Below the pieces are notes generated by a model, which was not told the DNA's origin, ran no database searches, and saw only the letters and a program-made list of their open reading frames with translations. Of a DNA stretch of 64,000 nt, positions 27,038-37,084 are shown piece after piece. The DNA lies in the IMG/VR virus record IMGVR_UViG_3300025383_001085; one strand, given 5' to 3'. Within the stretch, counting starts at the first letter, position 1. Each line of letters starts with the position of its first letter. The stretch is from a virus. The position numbers and the translations under genes were made by a program.

Positions 27038-27714
27038 TAACGACGCTCTCTGCCTAAATCTTCTGCGCCACCTGCGGCTGCATCAGTTGCATCGAATCCG
27101 TCTGCTTGATCTAAGTCATTTTCTTCAGGAGCAGGTAATGCACCAGCTGCACCTTCGGGCGGCATACCGCCACCCATATCCATTGATTGACCAACATCTT
27201 CGCCAGCCAATTGACGTGAACCTTGATCTAACGCATCACGAGCAGTATTCAAACTATCCATTAGACCTTGTAGTGCACTGGTAACAGTATTCTTGAAACT
27301 GTCAGCCTGTGGTACACCAACTTGATCGCGGATAGTATCCAGCAATGGTGGTAATTGTTCGTTAAGCATTTTGCTAGCGTCAGTGATCATATCCTGAACA
27401 CTATCAACCATGTCTTTGGCAGCCAATACTGCTTCGGCGGTTTCTAGCTCGCCTTCCATCAATGCATAGTTTTGCTTCAAGTAAGATTTAAGTCCTTCTT
27501 GAACCATTAACATTTCCATATATTTAGGATTGCGTTCAGCACTATGAGCTCCATAGCTTTGACGAATTTTATTTAATTGTTCACTGATAGCAGTGCTCAA
27601 TCTTTTTGCTTTGCTAAGTGACATATTATCATAGTCAAGGGAAAATCCGAATCGACTCTCCATAACACGATTATATTTTTTAGCAGTTACTGGGGTTAGC
27701 TCTTTAAGGTTCAT
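27037..27714 (-). CDS. Hypothetical (prohead core/scaffold-like) protein
   Basis: Start MNLKEL via ATGA overlap; helical; LMEG and acidic tail ending LGRERR. Confidence 0.6.
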   Translation of the reverse strand: MNLKELTPVTAKKYNRVMESRFGFSLDYDNMSLSKAKRLSTAISEQLNKIRQSYGAHSAERNPKYMEMLMVQEGLKSYLKQNYALMEGELETAEAVLAAKDMVDSVQDMITDASKMLNEQLPPLLDTIRDQVGVPQADSFKNTVTSALQGLMDSLNTARDALDQGSRQLAGEDVGQSMDMGGGMPPEGAAGALPAPEENDLDQADGFDATDAAAGGAEDLGRERR

Positions 27715-28235
27715 AATATCTGATTCCAAAGTTTTATATATTTAGCAGACTTTAATCTTTTTTCCAATTCTTCTCTAGCAGTTGCTAGGCGAGACTTGGA
27801 GTCTGACAGTTTAATTAGCCATAAATCACGCTGAAATATGTCTGTTTTTTTAGATTTTTTATATATTTTTTTAGTATACAGTTCGTACTCGTCGGATAGT
27901 TTTGCCACTGTTTGGTCTTTTAATAAAATATCGTCTGCAGCTTTATAGTACTTAAATTTTGTAAACACCGCATAAAAAACTGCGGCCTGTTGACTATAAA
28001 AAATATGTATAACTTTATCGTCTTTGGTAACACGCCATTTGTGTTTGTCTAAATGGCATATTTCATAATCTGCTAATATCCAGTTGTATTTGTCCATTTG
28101 AACAAATATAGGATACACACTGGCACGACGCATTATTGCTAATTCATCTTCTGCCCAAGCATCGATTTTGCTCATAGCAAAATCTACTAAGCGTTCACCC
28201 AGTTCTTTTTTTGTATACGATTTTGCCGTTTTCAT
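27711..28235 (-). CDS. Hypothetical protein
   Basis: 174 aa in operon. Confidence 0.6.
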   Translation of the reverse strand: MKTAKSYTKKELGERLVDFAMSKIDAWAEDELAIMRRASVYPIFVQMDKYNWILADYEICHLDKHKWRVTKDDKVIHIFYSQQAAVFYAVFTKFKYYKAADDILLKDQTVAKLSDEYELYTKKIYKKSKKTDIFQRDLWLIKLSDSKSRLATAREELEKRLKSAKYIKLWNQIL

Positions 28236-28407
28236 GTTTTCTTGTGAGGAGGTCTTTATTGACTAGTTGATTGGCGATTATCTGCTGGCGTTCAGATAAG
28301 TCAGATTTTTCAATTATAGGTGTAGAATCGTCGAATTGAAGCAATACATCTGCTTCTTCGTTACTAATTGCAACAGAAGGTCTGTTAACCAATTCGATTA
28401 TTTTCAT
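28195..28407 (-). CDS. Hypothetical protein
   Basis: 70 aa MKIIEL... Confidence 0.6.
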   Translation of the reverse strand: MKIIELVNRPSVAISNEEADVLLQFDDSTPIIEKSDLSERQQIIANQLVNKDLLTRKHENGKIVYKKRTG

Positions 28408-28408
28408 T

Positions 28409-28669
28409 TTATTTCAAGTAGTTTACTAACAGGGTAATTATGCCCGCAATCAATACTCCCACAACAGAAGTGAAAATTGCAATTAGTTGTTTATCCGAAG
28501 AGTTTGATTTATTAGTGATAGAATCCCTAATGGCAATCAAATGTTCTTCGACAGCATTTAGACGTTTGTCCATTGAGTCTAGTTTTTGTTCCAAAGAATT
28601 ATACCTTTCAGCGCAAAGTTCCACGTGCGCCTCCAGATTTTTCTTTTCTATATCCGTAGATGATGACAT
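28409..28669 (-). CDS. Coiled-coil protein with C-terminal TM
   Basis: LEAHVELCAERY coiled coil, hydrophobic C-terminus. Confidence 0.65.
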   Translation of the reverse strand: MSSSTDIEKKNLEAHVELCAERYNSLEQKLDSMDKRLNAVEEHLIAIRDSITNKSNSSDKQLIAIFTSVVGVLIAGIITLLVNYLK

Positions 28670-28774
28670 ATTTTATTTGCTTCATATTATGCGATGCAAT
28701 TTCCAGTGTAAACTTATTCTGAGCCATAAAGAAAAACCATAAGGGGTGCCGTAGCATCTAAGTTATTTATGCTG

Positions 28775-29176
28775 TCAGTGTACATCAAAATATATGTTTT
28801 TTAAGGTGCCTGTCCCAAAAAATATAGGCAACATAAAGCGTGCAGTTTCTTCCAGTCCCAATATAATAGGAACTTCGGTAAAATCTTTTTCTAATTCTTC
28901 TATGTTATAAACATCAGTTCTGCCGCCTTGAAAACTAAAATACCACATTTTATGTTCACCTTGATAAAATTCACCAAATAAAGGATTATAATCGTCTAAA
29001 TTTAATACAATAGACTCAACTGGTTTTATAATTTCAGGTTGTGTTTTAAGGCCCAATACTTGTAATACTGTTTCCCAGTTACGTTGTTGATCTCTATCAG
29101 TTCCTGTACCCCGAATTTGATAAGTTGGGGTTATATCCACTAGCGTAATACATCTGAATATAGGGGTGTTTTCCAT
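28775..29176 (-). CDS. Hypothetical protein
   Basis: TLVDIT...RDQQRNWETVLQVLGL; TATAAATA 4 nt upstream of ATG 29176. Confidence 0.65.
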   Translation of the reverse strand: MENTPIFRCITLVDITPTYQIRGTGTDRDQQRNWETVLQVLGLKTQPEIIKPVESIVLNLDDYNPLFGEFYQGEHKMWYFSFQGGRTDVYNIEELEKDFTEVPIILGLEETARFMLPIFFGTGTLKNIYFDVH

Positions 29177-29193
29177 CAAGTATTTATAGGTCA

Positions 29194-29220
29194 AAAAGAA
29201 AGGCAACTAAAAGTTGCCTT
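29194..29220 (-). terminator. Rho-independent terminator
   Basis: AAGGCAACT-TTT-AGTTGCCTT followed by T-rich tail on minus strand. Confidence 0.75.
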
Positions 29221-29249
29221 GTCTTCGTGTTTACAGAGTAAACTACTGA

Positions 29250-29681
29250 TTAATTACCAGCTGTTGTAACAAGTTTCAAGCCAGGGGCTGCAACTTTGAT
29301 ACCAGTGTAGTTATAACCATTACCGTCAACTCCAAGAGCAACGATGTTAGCTTGAAGATCAGTTGCATTCCATGAACTGTCTTCGATCAATACGCTGATC
29401 AAACCTTGTGTAACACCACCGATAGCTGCACTGTCAACTTGATAAGCCAACAATGTGCTGTTAACACCGATAGTACGCAAAATTGTTTCAACTGCTTGAC
29501 CTGTACCAACTTGTGATGTCATTGACACGTTACTGTTGATAGTGAATGCTTGTACTGGCTTACCAATACCTGTGCTAACAACATAACCCAATGTACCAGC
29601 TGCTGAGCTGAAAGCTTGACCGCCGCTGCCAACGTTCTCTACGTTTTGAGCATTACCATTAATTCTTGTAAATACTGCCAT
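29250..29681 (-). CDS. Probable abundant virion protein
   Basis: Own TAAATA promoter, AAAGGA RBS and terminator; Gly/Ala/Val-rich. Confidence 0.55.
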   Translation of the reverse strand: MAVFTRINGNAQNVENVGSGGQAFSSAAGTLGYVVSTGIGKPVQAFTINSNVSMTSQVGTGQAVETILRTIGVNSTLLAYQVDSAAIGGVTQGLISVLIEDSSWNATDLQANIVALGVDGNGYNYTGIKVAAPGLKLVTTAGN

Positions 29682-29739
29682 TTTGTTTTTCCTTTAATAA
29701 AATCTGCGACCTAACGCATAAAATTATTTATGCCTAGTG

Positions 29740-31008
29740 TTATTTTTTCCAGGCCTGCCCAGCACTAAAATTCTCTTTACTGAACTCAATTCTGTCTACT
29801 AGTTTAACTGCACCGCCGTCGTGCCCGATAGCAACAAACCCTTCGGGTTTTGTAATTTTATAACCTGTATCTGTTTTAATAAAGGTGCCAGCAATGCTTT
29901 CAATTTGACGTAGTTTGTTGATAACTAAAAGCTTTAGTTCAACAATACGTTTGTACATTGCCAATATTCCTAATAGGGTATTACTGTTGTCAGCAATAAA
30001 CTGCTCTTTTTCCTGTATCTTTTTGATACGGTCTTGTGCAGCTTTGCTTTCGGGTCCGCCTTTTAATTTTGCGATTTCAGCTTCTTGCTTGCCTTTGTAG
30101 TAGGTAAGAAACTGTTTCAAAAACTCTGTAGGTTCTCCTACTTGATCAACTCCGCCTCGTACTAAGTTATTGATAAAAGGCTTGATATGTTTGGCAAACT
30201 CTGCATTTTTGAGAATAATGTCAAAATTGGATTTATTAATCTTTTTCAACGTGTTGGCACTTTGAATTAATCCTGCACGTAGTAAACTGTTTTCTTCTGG
30301 AGTTAAACTAGCTATACCTGTATAATCGTGGTAAAAAGCGTCATCAAACCATACATTTTTGCTTTGATTCAGGCCAGCTACACTATAGCCGTATTGTGCA
30401 GTCATATTGGAAATTTCGCTACCTTCGTAACTAGTGTGAAACACAATACCAACTTTTGCACTCATCATACGTCGAGCTAAATCACTGCTCTTGGGTACTG
30501 CGTAGGTAATAGTATTAGGTTGAAATACAATACATTCTTCGTTGTTGATTGTAGCAGTTTGCAGGTCACCTTCAGTAAACATCAGGTCACCTTTAATAAC
30601 ACCGCTAATACCAAGACTGGGCAAGTACTTCAAACACAATTCTAATTTTCTTGCAAGGTCGGGTTGCTCGCCATACCAGTTTTTAATATCTTTAGTTGAC
30701 TTGCACAACTTGGCTTCACCTTTGGCAAATACACTTTTAGTGCCTACAAAAAATTTACTGTCAGCAGGATCTAATCCACAATGTATAGCAGGAGCACCGT
30801 CCCACTTGACTGTGACTTGGCTGGGCTCGCCTGTGCCTTCGCTGAGCATTTTGCGCAATGCTTCAATATAGTTTAGTGCTCGTTGTGCACCAAGAAATCC
30901 TTCATTGAAGATTAAATCTTCAAGATGTTCCAAGTGTGTTGCTTTGTCCTCAGCGGATTCCAACAACTGCCATTTGGGTTGTAGATTCTTTATTTCAAAT
31001 AGTTTCAT
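29740..31008 (-). CDS. Conserved large-phage protein (DUF6267-like)
   Basis: HLEHLEDL, TVKWDGAPA, KGDLMF, FQPNTITY, PEGFVA, KLVDR.EFS (ligase-like K-x-D-G motif). Confidence 0.65.
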   Translation of the reverse strand: MKLFEIKNLQPKWQLLESAEDKATHLEHLEDLIFNEGFLGAQRALNYIEALRKMLSEGTGEPSQVTVKWDGAPAIHCGLDPADSKFFVGTKSVFAKGEAKLCKSTKDIKNWYGEQPDLARKLELCLKYLPSLGISGVIKGDLMFTEGDLQTATINNEECIVFQPNTITYAVPKSSDLARRMMSAKVGIVFHTSYEGSEISNMTAQYGYSVAGLNQSKNVWFDDAFYHDYTGIASLTPEENSLLRAGLIQSANTLKKINKSNFDIILKNAEFAKHIKPFINNLVRGGVDQVGEPTEFLKQFLTYYKGKQEAEIAKLKGGPESKAAQDRIKKIQEKEQFIADNSNTLLGILAMYKRIVELKLLVINKLRQIESIAGTFIKTDTGYKITKPEGFVAIGHDGGAVKLVDRIEFSKENFSAGQAWKK

Positions 31009-31637
31009 TCTGAGTAACCTTGAGTAAAGTTGGCCTGTTGGTCAAGGAATGTATCCAGGGCCGCGTCAACTTTTCTACGATTCTTGTGATTGATCCATTC
31101 GCCCATTCCGCCAAGTCTGTAAACAGCTCCTTGGAACTTGATCATTATAGGATCTTGATTTACAATCTCTACACCAGGTGCAAGTTTATGTGCGGCTGCT
31201 GGTGCCGGTGGTTCTTGTGCGGCCGCCGGCTCTGCGGGAGTATTTCCTGCTATCTGACTCTTAACTTTATTGGCCAGTGATTTTTTTTGACTATATTCTA
31301 TATCATCCGAGCGGTTGCCAGTTTGTGTATCTACTATGGCTTTATAGATATAATTTTTAATGGTATTACCGTCAATGGCAGTTAGTGTTCCTTCATAGGG
31401 CGGAGCACTTGTTCCGTTGTTTAACCAACGACCCAACCATCTATTAAGTTGTTCGCCGTAGACTGCAGGATCTTTCATATCATATCCAGCGGCAGCTAAT
31501 TTATTATCAATCTTGTCCCATTGGTCTATTGCAGACTGTACAACAGGACTGTGCTTTGCTTGAGATTGTTTGACTCCTTTAATTGCACCTTTGATGCCGC
31601 CCCACAATCCTTCATTAACGATTTCATTGACCTTCAT
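31005..31637 (-). CDS. Hypothetical (putative head-internal) protein
   Basis: N-terminus MKVNEIVNEG. Confidence 0.6.
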   Translation of the reverse strand: MKVNEIVNEGLWGGIKGAIKGVKQSQAKHSPVVQSAIDQWDKIDNKLAAAGYDMKDPAVYGEQLNRWLGRWLNNGTSAPPYEGTLTAIDGNTIKNYIYKAIVDTQTGNRSDDIEYSQKKSLANKVKSQIAGNTPAEPAAAQEPPAPAAAHKLAPGVEIVNQDPIMIKFQGAVYRLGGMGEWINHKNRRKVDAALDTFLDQQANFTQGYSE

Positions 31638-31875
31638 TCTTCATCCTTTTAACGCCTCTGTTGAACTTGTCAATATCCTGTGTGCGGATACTATTAAGTA
31701 ATTTGCGTTCAAGTTCTTCAGCCTGTTCTTGAGTGTAGTTTTCTCTGATAAATGTCATGAGATTAATAGCTCCCTGAATAACATGGTTGGCACGACTTTC
31801 CACAAGATTTTCTCTATCTTTGTGTAAGCGTAGACTTTCCAGTTCTTCAAAAAGACTGCGTGTTTTTTTCTGCAA
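31624..31875 (-). CDS. Hypothetical protein
   Basis: TTG start, GGAG RBS, TAAATA upstream. Confidence 0.6.
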   Translation of the reverse strand: MQKKTRSLFEELESLRLHKDRENLVESRANHVIQGAINLMTFIRENYTQEQAEELERKLLNSIRTQDIDKFNRGVKRMKNEGQ

Positions 31876-31899
31876 GATTAGCTCCGAAGTATGTTATAT

Positions 31900-33360
31900 T
31901 TATTCGGATTTGTTTTTTAGGCCTGCTAACATCTGCTTGAGCATAGTACCGTCAGCTTGTGCTCTAGGTGCACCGCCGGGTGCAATATCTAACGGATCAC
32001 GTATACCTTCTTTGAGTCTAGGCTTGTCCCAAGGTACAGTTTTAGAATCGCCGCCTTCCACTGTACTTTTTGCTTTGATTTGACTCATTACACTGCCAAC
32101 TTGGGGTCTTAAAGAGCCAGGAGTGCCTTGTGCTTCCTCGCCAGGGTCTGTGATACGTAAACTCTCAATATCAAAGTCTAAGTCCACTTTTGTGCCTACC
32201 CCACTACTGCTACGAGTTTTCATCAATTGTATTTGATAACGTCCACGTTCACGCATTGCACGACTTGTAAAAATACCAAACACATTATCAGCAGTATTAA
32301 TCTTAGAGATACCACCCGAAATATGACTATGGTCAAATTCAATTTCTTCAACTGCACTACGATTCAACTGACTAGCAGTGATCATCAATATATTAAATTC
32401 TCTGGCTAGGTTACGCAGTTCTTCTGACACATACTTGTCTTTGACAAACAAATCATTGGGGCTAACTTTGGCACTAACTGGCATAACCAAATCCAAGTAA
32501 TCCACCATAATAAAATCTGTTTTGCGTCCTGTTTGTACTTCTAGTTCTTTCAAATATGCACGAATTTGATTAACATTACTTTGTGCTGGCATATACTTGA
32601 TACGCAGATTGCCGGACTTTTTACCAACCATCTTGAGTTTTAGTTCCAATGTATCTAAGTCTTTGAAAATCTCTCTTGTGCTGATATTGGCCACCATACT
32701 GTCCATACGCATTGCACACAGTTCTTCACTGAGCTCCAGTGTTAAGAATACACCATTAAGTCCTTGTTGTATCCAATTGATAGCAATATTCTGCATAAAC
32801 AAACTCTTACCAGAACCACTTCCGCCTGCAAAGATGTTTAGCTCACCCCTGTTCATACCACCAAACAATCGTTTGTCCATGGTAGGCCAGCCTGTGCTGA
32901 TTTGTCCGTTGTTGCTTTTGATCTTTAACAATCTTGCACGGGGATCTTCAAAGTAGTCAGTGCCCATATCTTTTGTAAGGCTAATCTGTACTGCATCTTT
33001 GATAATCTTTTCTACTGGATCATACTCGCCCTTTTCCAACATATCTGCACATTTCAAAATTGCACGTTCAAGTTCTTGTTTCTTAGTAAATCCCTCAAAC
33101 TCTCCCATAAACCAATCATAATGACTGTCTGTTAAACTGGGCACTGGTTTCAATTCCACTGATGTTACTGCAAATATTTGTTCTGCAGTTGGCATTGCTT
33201 TGTGTGCATCCACGTGCTCTTTGATAAACTTTGCAGCTGCTTTTAGACTACGATCAAAGTTTTCTGCATTATAGATATTTTGTACACGCACATAGCTTTC
33301 TGCTTTCTGTAACATCATTTCCAGAAACAAGCGTTGTAAGTCGACTGAATATTCTTTCAT
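31900..33360 (-). CDS. DnaB-like replicative helicase (T4 gp41-like)
   Basis: GGSGSGKS Walker A, TLELSE, VDYLD, TASQLNR, KTR. Confidence 0.9.
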   Translation of the reverse strand: MKEYSVDLQRLFLEMMLQKAESYVRVQNIYNAENFDRSLKAAAKFIKEHVDAHKAMPTAEQIFAVTSVELKPVPSLTDSHYDWFMGEFEGFTKKQELERAILKCADMLEKGEYDPVEKIIKDAVQISLTKDMGTDYFEDPRARLLKIKSNNGQISTGWPTMDKRLFGGMNRGELNIFAGGSGSGKSLFMQNIAINWIQQGLNGVFLTLELSEELCAMRMDSMVANISTREIFKDLDTLELKLKMVGKKSGNLRIKYMPAQSNVNQIRAYLKELEVQTGRKTDFIMVDYLDLVMPVSAKVSPNDLFVKDKYVSEELRNLAREFNILMITASQLNRSAVEEIEFDHSHISGGISKINTADNVFGIFTSRAMRERGRYQIQLMKTRSSSGVGTKVDLDFDIESLRITDPGEEAQGTPGSLRPQVGSVMSQIKAKSTVEGGDSKTVPWDKPRLKEGIRDPLDIAPGGAPRAQADGTMLKQMLAGLKNKSE

Positions 33361-34400
33361 AGTAATTTTTTCTTCTTTAATTCAATTTTTAATCTATTGG
33401 TTTCCTTGGCATCAATTATTGTTTTTAACACAAACAATTTGCCATATCGTTGTACTGCTGCACTAACATCTTTGACATCTGGTTCCCACTCAGGAAAGCT
33501 AACACTCCATCCATACTCCAATGCATCATTGATTAACTTTGCACCAGCTCGGTCTCTATCAGGCACTACAATGACTTCTCGAGTTAGACTGTCAATAATA
33601 TCTGCTTGTATTTCGTTGCATTCATTGCTTAATATTGCAACTCCATCAACTGCCATTGCATCAAATGGTCCTTCAACTACAATAACAAACTTGGCGTCTG
33701 GATATTGGCGATCTATATTAAACACATAGTTGGGTTCGTACTGACTAAAATATTTGGGCTTAACATAGTCTTCGAAGGTTCTGGCAGTATAGCCAATGAC
33801 TTGATTATTCCAAGTAAAAGGAATAATAACACGTTTATTTAAGTTATGTTGTGCCTCAGGTGTCCACATTAGATTGTACTTGATCATATCAATGTGTCGG
33901 TCTGCGGCATAGATAACTGCTGAATGGTAATCCGCTGGCACATCGTACTCGTCGGTATTTTCTGCACTTAGTGTATAAAAGTTTTCCCACTTTGTAAAAT
34001 TCATTGCCTCCGCTGGTAATGATTTTGGTTTGAACTCAACTTCTAGTTTTGCTTCTTCTACAAATGTGTCTGTAGGTGTTACCAAATCTTTAATACGAAT
34101 AGCATCAATAACCAATCGTTTAACTTCGTTTTCGCTTGCACCTAACCAACTCAATAGTTTACGAAACTTATAAGTTAAATGGCGTCCAGGAACATAGCTG
34201 GCTTTATAGTTACAGTTGAAACAGTGATAGCTAATACCACCGCCGGGATTGGTGATCAATCCACCTCTACTACGTGTGTCTGCAGTTTCGCCGTTGTGAT
34301 GACAACAGGGCGCATTGAAACTGATCCAACCACTTGTGGGATTTGTTTTTCTTTTGGGAGGTAGTAATAGCGTTACTGCATCGAGAATGGTATTAAACAT
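33357..34400 (-). CDS. DNA primase (T4 gp61-like)
   Basis: N-terminal Zn motif (PCC...YHCFNC), RVIIPF, KY, VEGPFDA, PDRD TOPRIM. Confidence 0.9.
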   Translation of the reverse strand: MFNTILDAVTLLLPPKRKTNPTSGWISFNAPCCHHNGETADTRSRGGLITNPGGGISYHCFNCNYKASYVPGRHLTYKFRKLLSWLGASENEVKRLVIDAIRIKDLVTPTDTFVEEAKLEVEFKPKSLPAEAMNFTKWENFYTLSAENTDEYDVPADYHSAVIYAADRHIDMIKYNLMWTPEAQHNLNKRVIIPFTWNNQVIGYTARTFEDYVKPKYFSQYEPNYVFNIDRQYPDAKFVIVVEGPFDAMAVDGVAILSNECNEIQADIIDSLTREVIVVPDRDRAGAKLINDALEYGWSVSFPEWEPDVKDVSAAVQRYGKLFVLKTIIDAKETNRLKIELKKKKLL

Positions 34401-34407
34401 TCTACAC

Positions 34408-34436
34408 AGTATACGCTAAAACTTAAACTAAATCAA
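34408..34436 (-). promoter_or_regulatory. sigma70-type promoter, 7 nt before primase ATG
   Basis: TTGATT-17-TATACT. Confidence 0.6.
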
Positions 34437-34451
34437 TAGTTTTGACTGATA

Positions 34452-35945
34452 TTAACCGAAATTGGCGTAAGTGGCCAATACGTTTGCCCAACCTTGATCT
34501 GTACGCAACATTGTAAATCCATAGACTTCTGTTCTACGTGCAACAGGAGTAGGAACGTTGGTATTCAACCAATTTACGTTGGCTGCTACACCATTGATCT
34601 GAACTGAACTAGGATAGTGTGGGCTAGCACCTTGTGGGATAACCACAACTGCAACTGTACTTCTCCAAGCAGTGGTTGCTACATTGGTAAAGTTAGCAGT
34701 AACATTTCCACCCAATGCATTTGCGTAGAATGTGCCGCCTTGGTTCATATCAAAATTAATAGTCCCAGTAGAACCACTGTTATAACTGATCAACTCTTGA
34801 CTTTGTTGTAGAGTTGTAGCACCAGTAATAGTTAAAGTGCTTGCTGATACACTGGATGCAGAAACGGTACCATTTGCAGAAATATTTCCACTTGCAGAAA
34901 TGTTGTTTAGTTTAATAGAGTCTAATGCAATATTAGGATCTGTAAATGCAATTGTGCCGCCACCAGGTTCTGCGGCATTGCTAAAGAAATACCAATTACC
35001 GTCGACGTGATTTCTTACCACACCAGTGTGTTGATAGATATTACCAGTACCGCCAACAAAGTGACTATACAAACCTATATCATAACTGTAAGGATATGCT
35101 GGAGTTGCAGTCAAATATACTAACGGAGAGGTTACATTAAGAGTGGTTGTGCTAATACTTGTTAGATTGTTAGTAAACACTGTACCACCGACCCATAGGT
35201 CTTTGGTAATACTAGCACCGCCAGGAACAACCAGTGTACCAGTACCTGTACCAGTAGAATTTGTTGTACCAGTCAATGACATTGAAATCGGATTAAACGA
35301 TCCACTTATTGACACATTACCAAACGCAGCGTTTGACAAGAAATTAATATATCCGCCGCCTGAGGCTGCTTGGACGATAAAGTTTTGTCCCGATGTATGA
35401 CCGTAGATGCCGTCAACTTCAATTGGTTGGGAAAATGCAACGTGGCCGCCATCGCTGGACGTAATATTATAACCGTGTGTTAATGTTATAGTACCTTCTG
35501 CTTGTATGGTTCCAGTTCCTGTAGGATTCAATACAATGCTTCCAGATCCTGAAGTTTGTAAACTTAAATTTTGATTAACATCAGCACTAACAACAATAGT
35601 ACCAGAGTTACTACTCAATACCTGTTGTCCGTTAACATACAAAGAGCCTGGACCAACATATACGCTGTGGAACATCTGTGTGGGAGTTCCAAGATTAAAT
35701 GTATTATTGGTTGTTGGGATAATATTACCAGTTAAGTAAATATTAGCATTTGTAACAGTTGCGATTGAATTTCCGCCACTGGTTAATACTATATTTCCGT
35801 TAGCAGTTGGAATATCTACTTTGGTATTACCAGATAAAATAGTAGTAGGGGTGCCAGTATTTGCACCTACAATACCTGTACTTGGTTCGATCGTAATATT
35901 ACCAACATGAAATCCACCTTGTACCGTAAAATCAGCTGTTGCCAT
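34452..35945 (-). CDS. Tail-fibre-like structural protein
   Basis: Gly/Thr/Asn-rich beta repeats (GNIIP..NNTFNLG, TGTLVV.GGA.I.KDL.VGG). Confidence 0.7.
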   Translation of the reverse strand: MATADFTVQGGFHVGNITIEPSTGIVGANTGTPTTILSGNTKVDIPTANGNIVLTSGGNSIATVTNANIYLTGNIIPTTNNTFNLGTPTQMFHSVYVGPGSLYVNGQQVLSSNSGTIVVSADVNQNLSLQTSGSGSIVLNPTGTGTIQAEGTITLTHGYNITSSDGGHVAFSQPIEVDGIYGHTSGQNFIVQAASGGGYINFLSNAAFGNVSISGSFNPISMSLTGTTNSTGTGTGTLVVPGGASITKDLWVGGTVFTNNLTSISTTTLNVTSPLVYLTATPAYPYSYDIGLYSHFVGGTGNIYQHTGVVRNHVDGNWYFFSNAAEPGGGTIAFTDPNIALDSIKLNNISASGNISANGTVSASSVSASTLTITGATTLQQSQELISYNSGSTGTINFDMNQGGTFYANALGGNVTANFTNVATTAWRSTVAVVVIPQGASPHYPSSVQINGVAANVNWLNTNVPTPVARRTEVYGFTMLRTDQGWANVLATYANFG

Positions 35946-36029
35946 TTTTTTTCCTTTAATTCTGACAGATTAGCGTTAAACTAATATGATTGTTATGTGT
36001 ATTTATTGAAATCTTAAAATTTATTAGGC

Positions 36030-36058
36030 TTGACAGAACCAGGTTAAATAGTTACAAT
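36030..36058 (+). promoter_or_regulatory. sigma70-type promoter with embedded TAAATA
   Basis: TTGACA-17-TACAAT. Confidence 0.7.
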
Positions 36059-36082
36059 CAACTAATATTTTTAAGGACTTTT

Positions 36083-36823
36083 ATGGCAACAATCGTAGGC
36101 GCCGAAGATGACGTCGCTACTCTCCAATCTTCAACTACTATCTCCGGAGTTAGCTCCAACCCCCCACCAAGTGCCCCAATAAACAAAGCAGTATCTATAG
36201 AACCACTGTTTAGTAGTGGTATTTATCGTTGTGCAGCCACGGAATTCTTACCAGAAATAAAATTAGTGTTCAAAGATGCTATTGCTGAAATAAAAAAACA
36301 TTTTCCGTTGATAACAAAAAGTGTATATCCGGTTTTACAATCAGCAAATATTTACGATGACCCCAGAATTGCAAAGTTCACTGAATTTATTGGACAAACT
36401 GCTTGGGGAATCTTGAATAATCAAGGCTATAATATGGATGCTTACCATATGTTTTTCAACGATATGTGGTGTCAAGAACATCACAAATATTCAGGGCACG
36501 ATACACATACCCATCCAAATAGTGCAATTACTGGTTTTTATATTATAGAAGTGCCAGAAAATAGTTGCAGGATAGTATTCAAAGACCCACGTAGTGCTAA
36601 ATATCATAGCAATTTGATGGAAAGAGACATTAGTCAAGCTTCCATGGCTAGTAATGAAATTAACTACGGACCGGCGGCCGGAGACTGCTTTTTTACCAAC
36701 AGTTGGTTACCACATAGTTTTACTCGCAATGGCAATATGAAACCATTTAAGATGATACACTTTGATCTAGGAGTGAAATGGGCAGATGGTCCGTTACCAA
36801 CACAAACACAAACAAGACAATGA
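36083..36823 (+). CDS. Putative 2OG-Fe(II) oxygenase (TIGR02466-like)
   Basis: HTHPNS.ITGFY, F.DPR, GD.FF..SWLPH; AAGGA RBS before ATG 36083. Confidence 0.75.
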   Translation: MATIVGAEDDVATLQSSTTISGVSSNPPPSAPINKAVSIEPLFSSGIYRCAATEFLPEIKLVFKDAIAEIKKHFPLITKSVYPVLQSANIYDDPRIAKFTEFIGQTAWGILNNQGYNMDAYHMFFNDMWCQEHHKYSGHDTHTHPNSAITGFYIIEVPENSCRIVFKDPRSAKYHSNLMERDISQASMASNEINYGPAAGDCFFTNSWLPHSFTRNGNMKPFKMIHFDLGVKWADGPLPTQTQTRQ

Positions 36824-37080
36824 ACAAATATCACGTTAGATTTAATAAAAGTCGTGGACAACCTGGAAGAGGTAGTCTACAACACGTTTGGCGTGTGTTT
36901 GAAAACGGTGAGGAATTCATCGTCAAGCACGTTCGAATATCGGTCCCAGTACACGATGAAGTCACTGGGGACGGTAGAGGCAACGATGACTGGAACTTTA
37001 GTTGCGAAGGTTATATGACCTTGGACACAAAATCATCTACTGCTGTAATTACAGATAAACCTAGCAAACTTAAAAAATAA
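36820..37080 (+). CDS. Hypothetical protein
   Basis: ATGA overlap; RFNKSRG...HVWRVFE. Confidence 0.65.
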   Translation: MNKYHVRFNKSRGQPGRGSLQHVWRVFENGEEFIVKHVRISVPVHDEVTGDGRGNDDWNFSCEGYMTLDTKSSTAVITDKPSKLKK

Positions 37081-37084
37081 TAGA

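Noticed and set aside
28670-28770. Possible structured ncRNA or tRNA in 100-nt intergenic leader
   Set aside because: No cloverleaf or T-loop motif; only short, weak pairings.
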